From Mytilus californianus (lineage: Eukaryota), in assembly GCF_021869535.1 (NCBI RefSeq), contig NW_026262581.1, positions 96,100,001 to 96,164,000 of the forward strand: 64,000 nt of DNA, read 5' to 3'. The notes under the pieces are model-generated. The model was not told where the DNA came from. It saw nothing but the letters and a program-made list of their open reading frames with translations, and made no database searches. This document shows, piece by piece, positions 36,970 to 49,870 of this stretch (its first letter is position 1; every line of letters begins with the position of its first letter). The translations under genes were made by a program, and so were the position numbers.

Positions 36970-37484
36970 TTTCGATAATTCGAAAGTACAAAGCGAAAAT
37001 AGAGACAGAAGTTTCAGATGTATCGAGGAATTTCATTGGATAATTGGATATTTTAGTCTAAATCTCAAAATCTTTCTCCGTGGTGGAAAAATAGTTATCC
37101 GGTCCTGGTTGTTTTACGCAGCCAGCCAGTCAGGGTCACAAGCTATGATCATGACTGTTCGTAAAAGCATGAAATATATATAAAAAAATGTTTTATTGTT
37201 TTATTAAGTCGGTGAACAATTATATACAGCAAAGTAGTTAATTCAAAGTGTTAGTCAGCTCTGGGACTAATACAGCGAAAAATTGCTTTGAAAATGAAAT
37301 ATTCTCTAACTTTGGTCACCAGAACAACAACTAAATAATCGGAAATTATGGAAATTAAAAAAAAGCTCTCAGCACCGCACAATCATTCATCTTCAATGTC
37401 ATATACTTTTTATCAATATCAATTGGCAATCTTAGACTGAGGACTTTGAAAAAATGTAAACCAATGTTTGAACAGAGATATACG

Positions 37485-39625
37485 AATAATAATAAATAAA
37501 TAAGCTTTGTATTTAGAGTCGGCATAGTATACAAATAAGGACATAACATAAGCTTTAACCGACATACAACGGACATAACAATACAATACATAATACGCAT
37601 GCAATAAGTTACATAACACAAAATGAAGCACTATAAACATGGTGGTAATAAGCAGATTATAAGCATGATAAGCTATGTATTAAAGCTAAAAAGCATACGG
37701 TATTAAAGCTAAAAAGCATACTAGGTGTAAAAGCTAAAAGCATCATATAAAATGTAAACTAAGCATGATTAGAAAGCCGGTAAAATGCATAACATAAAAT
37801 ATTAAAAATAGGATATGATCTAAATGGTAAAATTTGAACATAATATATTAATTAATAATCTTCACAAACTGTGCACTTTCAGTCATTTCTATTCCATGAC
37901 TTTAAAATATTTTTATACTGACTGAAATTAGCAATTTTTCTAAAATCATGTAGATCATTCCATAAAACAGCAGCTTTATATTTAAAAGAGTTCTTACCAT
38001 AGGTTGATGTTCGAACCCTAGTAGGTATATCTACAATATTAGAATATCTAAAATTAAATGTACAATCTTTTAATACAACTACTAAAATAAATCATATAAA
38101 CACGGTGGTGATGCTTAATATATAAAATTTTAAAACATTCAATAGCCATGTTACGCATACGTCTAATTTTCAGTGATGAAACTTTGCTTGTACAAGTAAT
38201 TCATCATACGAACTTACATAGTCTTCATATATAAATCGTAAAGCCCTTTCTTGATTTTTTTCTAATTTAGTGGTATTATTTTTGTTGCAAAAATGCCATG
38301 CCAAAGGACAAACATTAAAAAATTAGATAGAATAAATGTGTGAAAAATGGTCAATCTATTTAATTCAGTAAGATAGCAACCAATGCGCTTTAAAACCTTC
38401 AGTTGTTGAGATGCTTTACGACAAATATTTTTAATGTGGTAATTAACATTTAGTTGATAATCAATATCAATACCTAAAAGTTTGACAATCTCATCACACG
38501 ATATTTTAGCTGACTGTATACTAAAAACAGGCTCCTTTGCAAATGTTTTATTTCCAACTGCAATGGCTTGGAATTTATCAGGATTTGCCTGCATACAATT
38601 AAATCTAAACCAATCAATTAAAACAGCACTTTCTCTTTCAAGTGTACATAATAACTTTTCAAAATCGTTGTCAGCATATGACAGAGTATTATCGTCAGCA
38701 TAATTGTAAAGGGTTCCATGTTCAATAAAAAAGAATAAGTCATTTATAAAAATATTAAATAATAGAGGCCCCTTTCTGGATTTCAGCCCAACTGCTGAGT
38801 AGTCCCTGAAGTTTGATTTGTTGCCTACGATCTGTAAGACATTTTTGAAGTAATTTCACTGATTTTGAAGAAAGACCATAGGCAGATAATTTACTTAAAA
38901 GAATGTCATGTGGTAGACGGTCAAAAGCTTTCGAAAGATCCATAAGTATTGCTGCCACATACATATTTTTATCCAGAGCTATTTTCCAATCTTCAAGGAG
39001 TCTCAGTAAAAATGTCTGACATCCATGACCTTTTCTAAATGCACATAAAAAAAACATGAAATATATTTAAAAAAAATTCAGTTAACTGGTCAGACATAAC
39101 CATTTCATATACTTTTGAAATTGTAGGTAAAAATGCTCGCAGGTCTGTAGTTCTTTTTATCAAGTGGATCGTTCTTTTTGTTTAGTGGTACGACGTGAGC
39201 TTCTTTAAGCCTGTTTGGAAATTCACTTGATTCTATAGTATTATTTATAAGTGTTGTTATATGTTTGTTAAGTATTGGTGCTCCCAGCTCGTAATAGCTT
39301 AGATGATATCTGATCTACTCATGTAGCTTTTTTTATGTTGATTTTTTTTCACCAGTTGTCTACAGTGTCAACATGTATAGGTTTAAAATCAAAAAGTTTA
39401 TCATGTTGTATGTTAGCTTTAATTTTCAAAATACTAGGGTGTGTTTTTCTTCAAAAATAGTACCTTTGCTTATGTCGTTGGCAACATTAACAAAATAAGT
39501 ATTAAAGTTGTCACAAACGTCTTTAGTGTTGTTTAAAATTTTATTTTCTTCCATTCGTACAATATTTTGTCGGATGCAGGTAGACTTTTTAGAGAGAAAT
39601 GGTTTAACTGTATTATAAAAGTGTT
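37485..39625 (-). mobile_element. 5'-truncated, frameshifted CR1-group LINE
   Basis: TVKPFLSK, FNTYFVNVA, RKGHGCQT, MDLSKAFD, YADDNTLS, MQANPDKFQ; (TTA/TTTA)n tail near 37485. Confidence 0.85.
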
Positions 39626-41399
39626 ATGATTTTTGTCCTCCAGCACATCTTTCTTGAAAATAAATATTCACAGATTTTCTTTTTAATTTTGTTACCATAT
39701 TTCTTTGTTTTCTATATGCTTCCCAAGTTTTGTTTGTTTTGTATTTTTCAAATTTTGATCTCATACATGTATGCCCCCAAAAACAGCCATTTACAGGTAA
39801 ACTTTGCGGGATAATGAAATTGAAAACTTGATTAATTTAGTTGCATGTCCCTTTATCTATTAGTCCCAAGTCAGTTCTACAACTCATTTTATTTAATTGT
39901 TTATTAATTTTATTTCATATTTCTTACCAACCGTCCAAAATTTAGCTTAATATGATCAGAGACATATATAATACAATGTCTCTGATATGATCTAATGCCT
40001 TTTTTTACCGTTTATTATTACCGCTGTTGGCATGTAGTCGTGTGTCACTATATAAATAACTAAATATTACTGTCTATTGAGTTTCAAATTAAAAGAAATA
40101 CACTATGACGTCTTGTACATAACAACCATCCGTATTCAATAAAGCGCACATTTGATCAAGCGTCTCCGTGAAGGGTAATAGAGTAAATTGTCTCCCCCGT
40201 ATCAAACCAATCAAAGTCTGGCATTTTGACATGAAGTATAATAAATACAATTGTCCGCAGATCGAGGCGGTTGCCACACATTTTTATATAAGCTTCAACG
40301 TTTAGAAATCTGTAATTTGTGGTTGTTGATGGGAATACTATACTTACATGAGTTACCTATATGACATATATTATGTCCCAGGTTGCTGCATGGCTGTATT
40401 CAGTTGTATGCCGTTTTATATGTGAATTTATTCTGTTGTTTTATTTGTTTGGTATTCGTTATGAAATTCGACAAAAAGTTCGTTAGAGCTTCTGTTTGTA
40501 GGGTTTATACTATGCCAAATTTACTGAATATTTTTCCATGCTCATTCTATGTCTAAGCGGATAATGTGAGTACGCATTTGCCATAGGATTTAGCATTGAT
40601 AGTAACAAAAATTATCCCATAAAAAACGTTGAAAGCAAACGATATGGAGCTACGGAGGATTATATTTGCCAATGTCACGCAGTGGGTATATGTTATTCCA
40701 AATGAGATATTTGGTATGGGACATTTATTTTGGGGAAAGTGAGGTGGAAAATAATAAATTAAGTTTCTTTAAGTCTCAATTCAGCGGATACATGATAAGA
40801 AATCATAAAAATAATTTTGCTGAGGATTTGACATAAAATTGTACCTCGGTCCAACAATGAAGCTATAATCACAAAGCATAATTAAACTAAAATATATCTA
40901 CCGTCTATGCCAGCATTTATTTGAAAGTCAATGTTTCTACATACTAAAGCTAATGCGTGTAAAAGTGTATGGACATGATGCCGTACAGTACCTCAATGGT
41001 ATAATTTTGATGTTAATATATTAGTAGTACAAACGTTTGAGTCATTATACAATTTCATTCAAATTCTTTTTTAAAACTAGATTTACATTACGAATTGATT
41101 TTAAAACAGAAATGGGTGCCCACTGAAACTTTTATTGAAACAATAATTCTAAAATAAAGATTTGTTTAAAAATGAAATTATTGCATACATATATCTAGAC
41201 AGACAGACAGACAATTCCATTCTACTGTATACACATTGGTCCATAGAATGAAATAATAATACATAGTATACAAAATAAATTGTGCACATGACAAGATAAT
41301 AAAATTAAAATTGAGAATGGAAATGGGGAATGTGTCAAAGAGACAACAACCCGACCATAGAGCAGACAACAGCCGAAGGCCACCAGTACGCACAGTTAA

Positions 41400-41915
41400 A
41401 CTCAGTTTATGAATGTTACAATTACTTTACAAGATCATTTAGTTATTATAATAGAATAACAGATACTAAGCAGACAAAGGCTAACCTGCTAGTGAATTTA
41501 TAACCTGTGTAAATTTACATATATTTTTTAATCTATTTCTATGTGTTGTTTGTAATAATTTACAAAATTGAATTACATTTACTCTGTTACAATAAAATTT
41601 ATTAAAAAAACACTGAGTTTTCTTGAGTCGTCTAGAGATCTACAATTCAAAAGAAAGTGAAATTCGTCACCTAATTCTTGACATTGACATAAATTACAAT
41701 ATCTTTTTTGTATATCTAAACCTACCCATTTATTAGTTTCAATTGGTAATCTATGATTACCAGTTCTAAATCTACAAAATATAACTCTATCACTATCTGG
41801 TAATATATCTAAATATTTTTTCGAATTCAAACTTATCCTTATATAATCTGTATCATAAACCTTTTGACGAATTACATATATCTGAAAGCCAGTTCTGTTG
41901 AAATTGGTCAAATAA
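41400..41915 (-). mobile_element. LINE 3' fragment (same general type as 5081-8740)
   Basis: RFRTGNHRLPIETNKW...YCNLC...LGDEFHFLLNC. Confidence 0.8.
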
Positions 41916-42289
41916 CTTTTGCTTTAAACTATCATTTAGTCATTTTGTGCTAAAGTCAGTTTGTACAGTAACCAGATATTACTATAACCACAAGTATCAA
42001 GAATATTTTTTGTATGAAATAACACATTCAGGCGTACAATTAGTCTGTGAATATTTTATCGATGATTACTTGCATGAAACGACAACTTTGCACAAGCGTA
42101 TACATGTATATGTTTTAAATCAGTTTTGAATACATAATTAGATTATAATAAATCAACTGTGGATAGCATAACTTGGAAATCTTCGGATTCCCTCACGGTC
42201 ATTCTCGTGAAAAAAAAATCATTGTTCCAGAATATGAACGTACACGATCAGGGCTTTAAGTTTCGCTCGTTTAAAAATATTTTTGACTG

Positions 42290-42550
42290 CATACCGTCAA
42301 CTTATCAGAATTCCAATGGGTACCAAATGTGCACCTATAATGGTCGATCTGTTTCCTAACTGTTATGGATATTCTTTCATAGAAAACTTTCTGTAATGTA
42401 AATTTTTTTGAAAATCTGACAATTTAATGGACAGTTTAACAATAATATCAGATAGCTTGATGAGTGTACGTACGGTTGCCAATCCTGAGATTATCAAACA
42501 TGCTGAATGTATTTATCCGAAAGAAATTCAGTTAAATAAAGATAATAACA
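42290..42550 (+). pseudogene. Degenerate Penelope-like reverse transcriptase fragment
   Basis: YRQLIRIPMGTKCAPIMVDLF...IR*LDE...IYPKEIQLNK, resembling the PLE GIPMGTNCAP..ADLF, RYLDD and IYPxEL motifs. Confidence 0.7.
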
Positions 42551-44464
42551 GTATGAAATATTGTCGGGCATTTTAAGGTATAACTGGTAGTTTGGGTTAT
42601 CATATTTTCCCCCTTCTGTGTTTGAACTTTGGTGGATAGTTGTCTCATTGGCAATCATACCTCATCTCCTTACTTTTATATACGTACATGACAAACTTTG
42701 TTATGGCCATGTTCATCTTGTTGCATCCTATGGTGTGTACAATCCATAATTATATTATGTTATAATGAAGTTTTTTTAATGCTTGTAATCTTGCATTACC
42801 ACAAGTTACGTTTAAAGGGTTACAGATACTAAAAAATTTCAATACTATAAAAAAAAAATAAAGTCGTTATCTACATTTTATCTGTAATCACAATGTTTCT
42901 CTTAAACAGTAGGTGGTATTTCTCATCCTACCTGTTATAGTAACGTCGTAAATATAACTAAACTATTGTTACAAAAAAAGATATATTCAAACTAATGAAA
43001 GTACTTACATCTTTCAACAGCAAGAGCTACAGGCATGAGTTGAAATGGTTCTTTCTTTCAAGCGTCTAGCGAATTCAAACTAGCAAAAACAATATGCTCT
43101 ATTTTGATTTCGCTGGTGGGTTGTTGGCCCTTATGTAGTCAATGCTTCACCTTTTCAATTTTTTTCATGTTAAGTTTACTTGTGTTATATTAAAATTTGT
43201 TCTTCGGCATGGCATGCCGATGAAAATACGGATAGTGTAAATTTAAAAGGAGCAGGGCGTCCAATTCCAAAAGTTGTAAAATCCTACTGGAAGATTGAAT
43301 ATTAGATAATCTATATCATATTTTTAAAAAAGTGTTACCCATATTACATATTTCCATAAAATCAAGGATGTAAATAGTAAATAGTATCTTACTATAAAAT
43401 TCCTTGATAAAATCAAAACGTTATTCAGTTCTACGTACATGTTGCTGTCTGTTGAAGACATTTTAAAACAAATTTTACGTGTTTTTGTCAAATTGTGCAT
43501 CGAAGAACATGGCTAAACAAAATGAATGAATTGGTTGCCGAAGGAAAGTACGTAGCTTTACTTCCAACTAATTTTGGTTTTGGTTAACGATGTTCTTGGA
43601 CATTTTTGGGAGAAAAACTAAAAATTTTCCAAAATCTCTCAAAATTGCTGTTTTGAGCATTCTTCAGGCTTTTATAATATGATGACCTGTTTAGAAGTAA
43701 GCCAAGACATAGTTAGTACCTTAAAGTATACATATTTGGCTGTAATACTATTAATTTGAGTAAAGATTGAAAGAATTTTAAAAATACCCTGTGTTAAATA
43801 AACTTCAGGTGGAATTAGCCATAATACTTTAATTTTTGCTGTTATAAAATTTGGAAAATAATTTTGAATACAAGAATGTGTTTGCCTCATGCATAGCTCC
43901 GATTCCTTGTCCAGGTTTTACTTTACTTTTGATTCTTTTTTGGTTTTACTAGTCATTTTTCAACGTTTGAATCAGGCTTCAATGGATTTCCAATCATGAG
44001 CCGGTTTGGCCTCACCCGAGCCATGATTACCAAAGAGACATATTATTTATTATCGATATGCGCATTTAGGACCATTTAGTGCAATGACTTTGGTTTAGTT
44101 TTAAAGGTAACACAGTGTTTAACTTCCGGTTGTTATATTCCTTTATTTGCCTTTTGTTATTTCGATGATCGACATAATAAAAAGGATTTCATCGAATGAG
44201 ATAGCATGAAAACCAGCGGTTGTCTTTTGTCGTATCTTAATATTAACTTTCTTGTTATTTTGGGATATTTGGCATTTATGGCAGATCTTTAATTTGATAG
44301 TCGTATTTATTGGCTGTGCCTATTACCATTTTTTTATTTTGTGCTTAGTAAATGACCATTTGACGGTTTTTATGTGATGAAAAAAACTTCTAGTCACATT
44401 CATCAATGTCCTTGGTTGTTCTTAATTCTTTCTTGGTGTTGTGTTAAACTTTAGACGTAATTTT

Positions 44465-44549
44465 TAAGCCAATCATATTAGCCGTAAGATAAAACGGAAT
44501 AGGCTTTTATTTCCCGCCATCTTTACAACACAGACAATAACCAATCAAA
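44465..44549 (+). promoter_or_regulatory. TMPO-like proximal promoter: CCAAT boxes and overlapping E2F/YY1 motif
   Basis: CCAAT at 44469 and 44541; TTTCCCGC at 44510-44517 overlapping CCGCCATCTT at 44514-44523. Confidence 0.5.
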
Positions 44550-44804
44550 ATGCCCATTTTTACAGATCCCAGCAAATTGACAAAAGCAAAACTGAAAGAA
44601 GAACTTATACGTTTTAACGTGAAATTGCCACCTTCTACGTCTAAAAAGCAAGTTTTGGTTGATCTTTATGAGCAACACATTAGTCAATTAAACGATCCTA
44701 GTATTTTCGAAGACGAGTTCGTTGAAGGAAGTTCTGAACAAGAGGTTGAGGAAACCGAAAGTGAAGACGAACAAAACTCCAATTCTGACATTGAGTCTGA
44801 AACG
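44550..44804 (+). CDS. TMPO: LAP2beta/thymopoietin-like protein, exon 1 (LEM-like domain)
   Basis: MPIFTDPSKLTKAKLKEELIRFNVKLPPSTSKKQVLVDLYEQHI matches the LAP2 N-terminus as I recall it (MPEFLEDPSVLTKDKLKSEL...). Join 44550-44804, 48950-49073, 51090-51188, 52028-52055, 54551-54697, 56781-56985 = 858 nt, 285 aa. Confidence 0.9.
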
Positions 44805-44961
44805 GTATACATTAAAAGATAATATGTTAATAGGCAAAACCTATGTTACTAGCGAATAAAAAGTTAACCGTACACATGTATTTGTTTTATTCCAATAATC
44901 TTTAAAATAACTTTTTCTCCCTCAGGCAAAGTTGACCTTTAAAAATAAAGATGGATCTGAC

Positions 44962-47900
44962 CTGAGACTACTATAACACAGAGATTGGTCACTATAGATT
45001 TATCGGATTATCTGAGTCTCCGGTAGTTAGCTACGTTATTTTAACGTAGTTTCGTATTCGACCGTAGCAGACGACATATATCACCTATCACTGAGAATAC
45101 TATAACAGTAGCGGATATTATTATTTTTCTTTTAAAAATAATTTAAAAACAAAATTGAATTAATCAAAAAAAAAAAAGAATATAGTTTTTATCTTTCAAA
45201 TGCAGTTATATCTATTCATATTTAAATTTTTGTTTTTAATCATTAATAATTTGTTAATAGTTTGTTATTATGCGGCCACTCTTGAAAATGTGAATGTGAT
45301 TAATCTTATCAATCTTACAGTTACATTGTTTTGCTACACGTCCATTAATTGTATCTAATATACAATTATTTTACCTGTAAAGACAGGTAGTCTCATAAGC
45401 ATGGGAGACGAATTTTGTTTCACAGCTGGGTGCCCAAGGTACACGAGGCTCCGTTTATTGCAGTAAACTTTTATTCTATACTTGTAAGGTATTTCACTGC
45501 TGAGTGCCCAATATACATGTTTATTGTAGTAAACCTTGTCAAATATCGTCGGTGCACTTGTGGTAGGATTCAGGAGGGTGTGGATGGGGTTTAATAGAAT
45601 GGAGAAATAGGGACAAAAAAAATATAGAATGGAGAAAAATGGACCGACAAATAAAGAATAGAGAAGAGAAAATAATAAGTTATTAAGATTTAAAGAATAG
45701 AGAAAAATGGCATAGAAATTATAGGAAATAAAGAACCCCATCCAGACCCTCATTCAGATTTTCCAACGTGAATTTTTTTTTCAAACAAGTTTCAACCCCC
45801 CGCCCCCACTTTTTTTAAATTTCCGTCTGATAATTAGGTCAAGTTTTTGCAAACAATGTAATAAGCGGCGATCACAGAAGAGAGAAAAAATTTCATTAAA
45901 GGTAAATGAGTAATTTCCTTACGTAACAGATCAGGAAAGAGGTTATAACTGCAATGGATACATAAAGCAGCAAACATAAGCCCTACAAATTATATATATG
46001 TTCCCAAAATATCGCCGGCATTTTCATTTTTCAATTCACAATGTCCAGTAACATTGATTTTTTATCTTGGGATGATAGTGATCTCAATCTTGATCTTTTA
46101 CGTGGTGAATATACTGCATCAGATATTGAATCTGAGGATGACTATATACGTCCCTGCTGCAAAGACTGCAAAAACTACAAAAACTCCAAAAGAAGCATCA
46201 ACCGCAAGTACATGTAAATCAGAACGAAGAAGCTTCAAAATTACGTGACTGAATAATCAAATTATCTCTATGTTAACATAAATAGAACCCCATTAGTGTA
46301 AATTACGATGACATTTTTTCAACACCAGAAATATGTGCCCTCTTTCAAAATCCCGGACAAGAAATTTTGTGCTTCAATACAGAGCCGTAAAGTTTTTGAA
46401 AATTTGAATATTGTCTATTGTTAAAGTGTCGTATGTTTTAGTTATATCGCTATGCTTTTTGTAACCCTAATAATTGAGCAACTCAGATGAAAAGAGTTGT
46501 GATTTGCTTTAGTTTTTTTAGCCACAGCAAATATAAAATTAATGTGCTTGTTCAATGTTTGGTGACAAACCATGTTAATTGTTGTCGGCATGATGCTTTG
46601 TAAATAGGTTCCCTATAACATTTTTTTGTTGGGTAACTGCTGACAGTTTACCATGTGAAAATTCTGAGAAGCCAAAAATAATGCGGAATGTATAAATACG
46701 TAGCAATGTCAGATCTAAACAAGAATGTTAAATATGATAGCATATATTGATGTCACCTTTCTGTAAATTCAACTTCGATTCACAACTGCTTGTCAATGGC
46801 AAATATTTCATGTACAGTCAGCCTGATTAAACAGAAATGAACTATTTTCAAATTATGTTTAAAGTTTGTTTTATGTTATGTCGTTACACCAATGTCCCAT
46901 GCTAGTGGTGGTGATGAGCGCCTAAAAATATTTATCATTGTCACATTCTTTATGTGCCCGTCTCAAGTCAGGAGCCTGTAATTCAGTGGTTGCTGTTGGT
47001 TCATGTCCGTCATATTTGAATTTTCGTAAATTGCTTGGTTATTGTAGACACTTCGTTTTCTCTAGTGAATTGTTATATATTTTCCAATGTCGGGGACTTT
47101 AGAAGCTGACTGCACGGTATAGGTTTTCTCATTGTTGAAGGTAATTACGGTGCATTCCAATAACTTACATCCACTTCACTGAACTTCATTTGGACTAAAG
47201 GAGTTGTCTGATGATCATTAGCAAAAATATATAAAAATCTCCTTAAAGTTTGCTTCAAGTGGCTATTCCTTTAATATATAAAGATGTGTGGTTACTTGTT
47301 TTTTTTTCTTTCATTGAACTGTTTTCCAAACTGAGTGTGTTAGTGAATTTCTGCATTCCTGTCTTAGTTTTAATGTATATAATAATAAAAATGTATATTC
47401 AAAGACTTAAATATTTATTTCTCCATGTAAGACAAGCATGACAAATTCAATGAAATTAAAAAAATACTAAAAAAAGTCATTTTCTCCTGTAGTACTTCTC
47501 CCTTCTTCTAATGCGTGATTTCTTTCTGGGGGTATTCCTACAATAAAGAATATATTATAAATAAAAAGAAATAATCTTTGTCAAGTTTATAGCATAGGCA
47601 ATTCATTAATTTTTAAGACAGTAATCTGAGACTTTGAGACTCAGCAGTAATTGACCAATCATGTCAATATGGATCAAAATAGTTAAACTGATGAAGGATG
47701 CAGACCAAAGGTGCATGTACTTTTTACATCATGTTTGGGTCAATTATTTAAAAAAAATACGTCTATTTAGGAACTCATGATGTACTGGTATTTCACATGG
47801 TGACACATTTTCATTGCATAATATTATTATACTAGCATGTATAGACTGCATATATATTATCAAGGGAACCAATATAAATCTAAATTTCTTTCACTAACAA

Positions 47901-48452
47901 TACAAATTCACCTATCAGACCTCATGTTGTGTGTGTGCAACTTGTCTCGTGTGTTTCTCAGTTCTGCAGCGGGAACTTACTGATACAGAAAAATTGGAAT
48001 TTCATATAATTACAAATTTTACATCATTACATCGGTTAATTACTAAGGCTTGCACATACATTATCCGGAAAACAGATTGTTCATCTGAATGTAAGTTATG
48101 GGTGAGTTGCTCATGGACCCTGTCCAACGGACTGGTAATAACTCGAGGTTATTTTCCGGTTTGGTCGGTAAATTCAAGTCTATAACTGCACTTATTTTAT
48201 TTAAAGTGCTTATAAACCAACATTTATGAACATGTCAAATCTTATATTCACACTTACCGGAACATAACACTCTTTATAAATCCACATTTGTTAATTATTA
48301 TTTTCTCTTTCGCTGTCAAAAATGGCGGTCGAATCCTTCTTGTCAATCATTGCGAGTCACGTGCCGAGTCACGTGATCGAAGACTTACAATTAATTACCA
48401 TTTGACTGGTCAGTACGGGAAGTGACCAATCTCTGTGTTATAGTAGTCTCAG
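44962..48452. mobile_element. 3.5-kb non-autonomous TIR element in TMPO intron 1
   Basis: Perfect 32-bp TIR ctgagactactataacacagagattggtcact at 44962-44993 and 48421-48452; perfect 7-bp TSD atctgac; no transposase ORF. Confidence 0.9.
45574..45751. mobile_element. MITE with GAG termini and 6-bp TSD
   Basis: TIR gagggtgtggatgggg / ccccatccagaccctc (15/16); attcag duplicated. Confidence 0.8.
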
Positions 48453-48550
48453 ATCTGACAAATTATTTTAAGGTCCTTTTTGGACATACACGTAGCTCTT
48501 CAACTGTTTCAGTTCTTATACATCCTTAGCTTTCTAATATTTGACTTTGA

Positions 48551-48592
48551 GAGTTCCTGATGAGGGTAAATCCAGAAAAGCACTCTGGACGC
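48551..48592 (+). ncRNA. Decayed minimal hammerhead ribozyme motif (Penelope pLTR type)
   Basis: gagttc CTGATGA gggtaaatcca GAAA agcactct ggacgc: core boxes, short stem II, 5/6 helix I; helix III and NUH site mutated. Confidence 0.55.
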
Positions 48593-48639
48593 ATGAAATT
48601 TATAATATTTTTTCATTTTGAACTTTTTTGACATGATAA

Positions 48640-48850
48640 ATTTGTAAACCTTCATGGATTATTACGAAACTTGGACAGAGCTTATCTTCAAGACCATGAA
48701 ATAGCATCTAAAGAAAAAGTTTGATTTTTTTTAAAATTCTGTATTTTACTGATAAATGGACTCATTTCTTAAGTCAACATTACACTTTTACACTGACAGC
48801 AGCAATCGCAGGCGAGACACAGGGTTCTGCGGAACCCCTTACAAATTTTT
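48640..48850 (+). mobile_element. 3' fragment of the HINE family seen at 58558-61725
   Basis: cgcaggcgagacacagggttctgcggaacccc end motif. Confidence 0.65.
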
Positions 48851-48949
48851 TCTCGAACACACTTCTACAAAATGTATATAATAAAAAAGACTTTTAGTTT
48901 CACGTAATGATATTTTTGCTTTAGTTATACTGAATGGTTTCTTCTGCAG

Positions 48950-49073
48950 GTTTCATTTGAAGAACCACAGAAAGAGACAAAGGAAGCCATGACTATCAAT
49001 GCTGAAGATTTGTCAGATAAAGAGTTGGCAAATGAACTACGCCTTTTAGGTTTTACACCTGGGCCTATTGGAA
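48950..49073 (+). CDS. TMPO: TMPO-like exon 2 (LEM domain, N-terminal part)
   Basis: VSFEEPQKETKEAMTINAEDLSDKELANELRLLGFTPGPIG; ctgcag / gtaggt. Missed by the ORF track. Confidence 0.9.
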
Positions 49074-49249
49074 GTAGGTACAGACCATAAAAAATACTTG
49101 TTTGTCATAACAAAAAATTATGATACTGTTATGGATGTTATGTATGATCATTTGTAAAAAGAGACAAATTTTACCAATAGGCAGTGGCAAATCTAGATCT
49201 GTTCAAGTCTAATATTTTAATAATTTTAAATGAAAGTGATATGCATACG

Positions 49250-49800
49250 AGTCAGAGCTCTGACATAAACAAGTCAGAATATTTAGTGTCATGAGTTACC
49301 TCCCATCATTTTTAAACATAAACTGACTTTTACAAATATGCACCCATATTTAAAAGTTGAGCATCCACATGACAATGTTAAAAATGCCTTCCACAAACAT
49401 TTTTTGATCTACAAAAAATATGAATAAGACCCTAAAAAAACAAGAGTCGTATGAAATTAACCATGACTATATTTTTACAATTTATCACAAATACATACCA
49501 TTTTATTGTAAAAAAAAAATTCTGTATAAGCAATGGATTTACTTGAAAGCTACCATGAAAAGATAGATTTTGGTATTGTAATGCATCATACAAATATTCA
49601 TGGTAATTTATTGAATAGGTTTGCTACAAATCTTAAAATACTGAAACTTCACAATCCACTGAACATATTCTGACCTGAATAAGTCTGTCATATTCTGACT
49701 TTATAAAGTAAAAAAAATGCTATTACTCCATTGTAAAAATGCATAATCTGACTTGCAGAAGTCTTGACAATTCAGAATTGTTTATGTCAGAGCTCTGACT
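49250..49800. mobile_element. TIR element, unclassified
   Basis: agtcagagctctgacataaacaa / ttgtttatgtcagagctctgact: perfect 23-bp inverted repeat; no clear TSD. Confidence 0.6.
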
Positions 49801-49870
49801 GATGTTTGATCATTAAAAGAGTTGCTTAGTGGTAAAAAGCCACATTTATGGCTTGTATCCACCAATGTCA

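Noticed and set aside
40089-40277. 62-aa minus-strand ORF (LLNTDGCYVQDV) as a gene fragment
   Set aside because: No recognisable motif, splice context or partner exons.
45355-45753. 132-aa minus-strand ORF
   Set aside because: The N-terminal half is read through a MITE (45574-45751), and the rest overlies a duplicated motif block.
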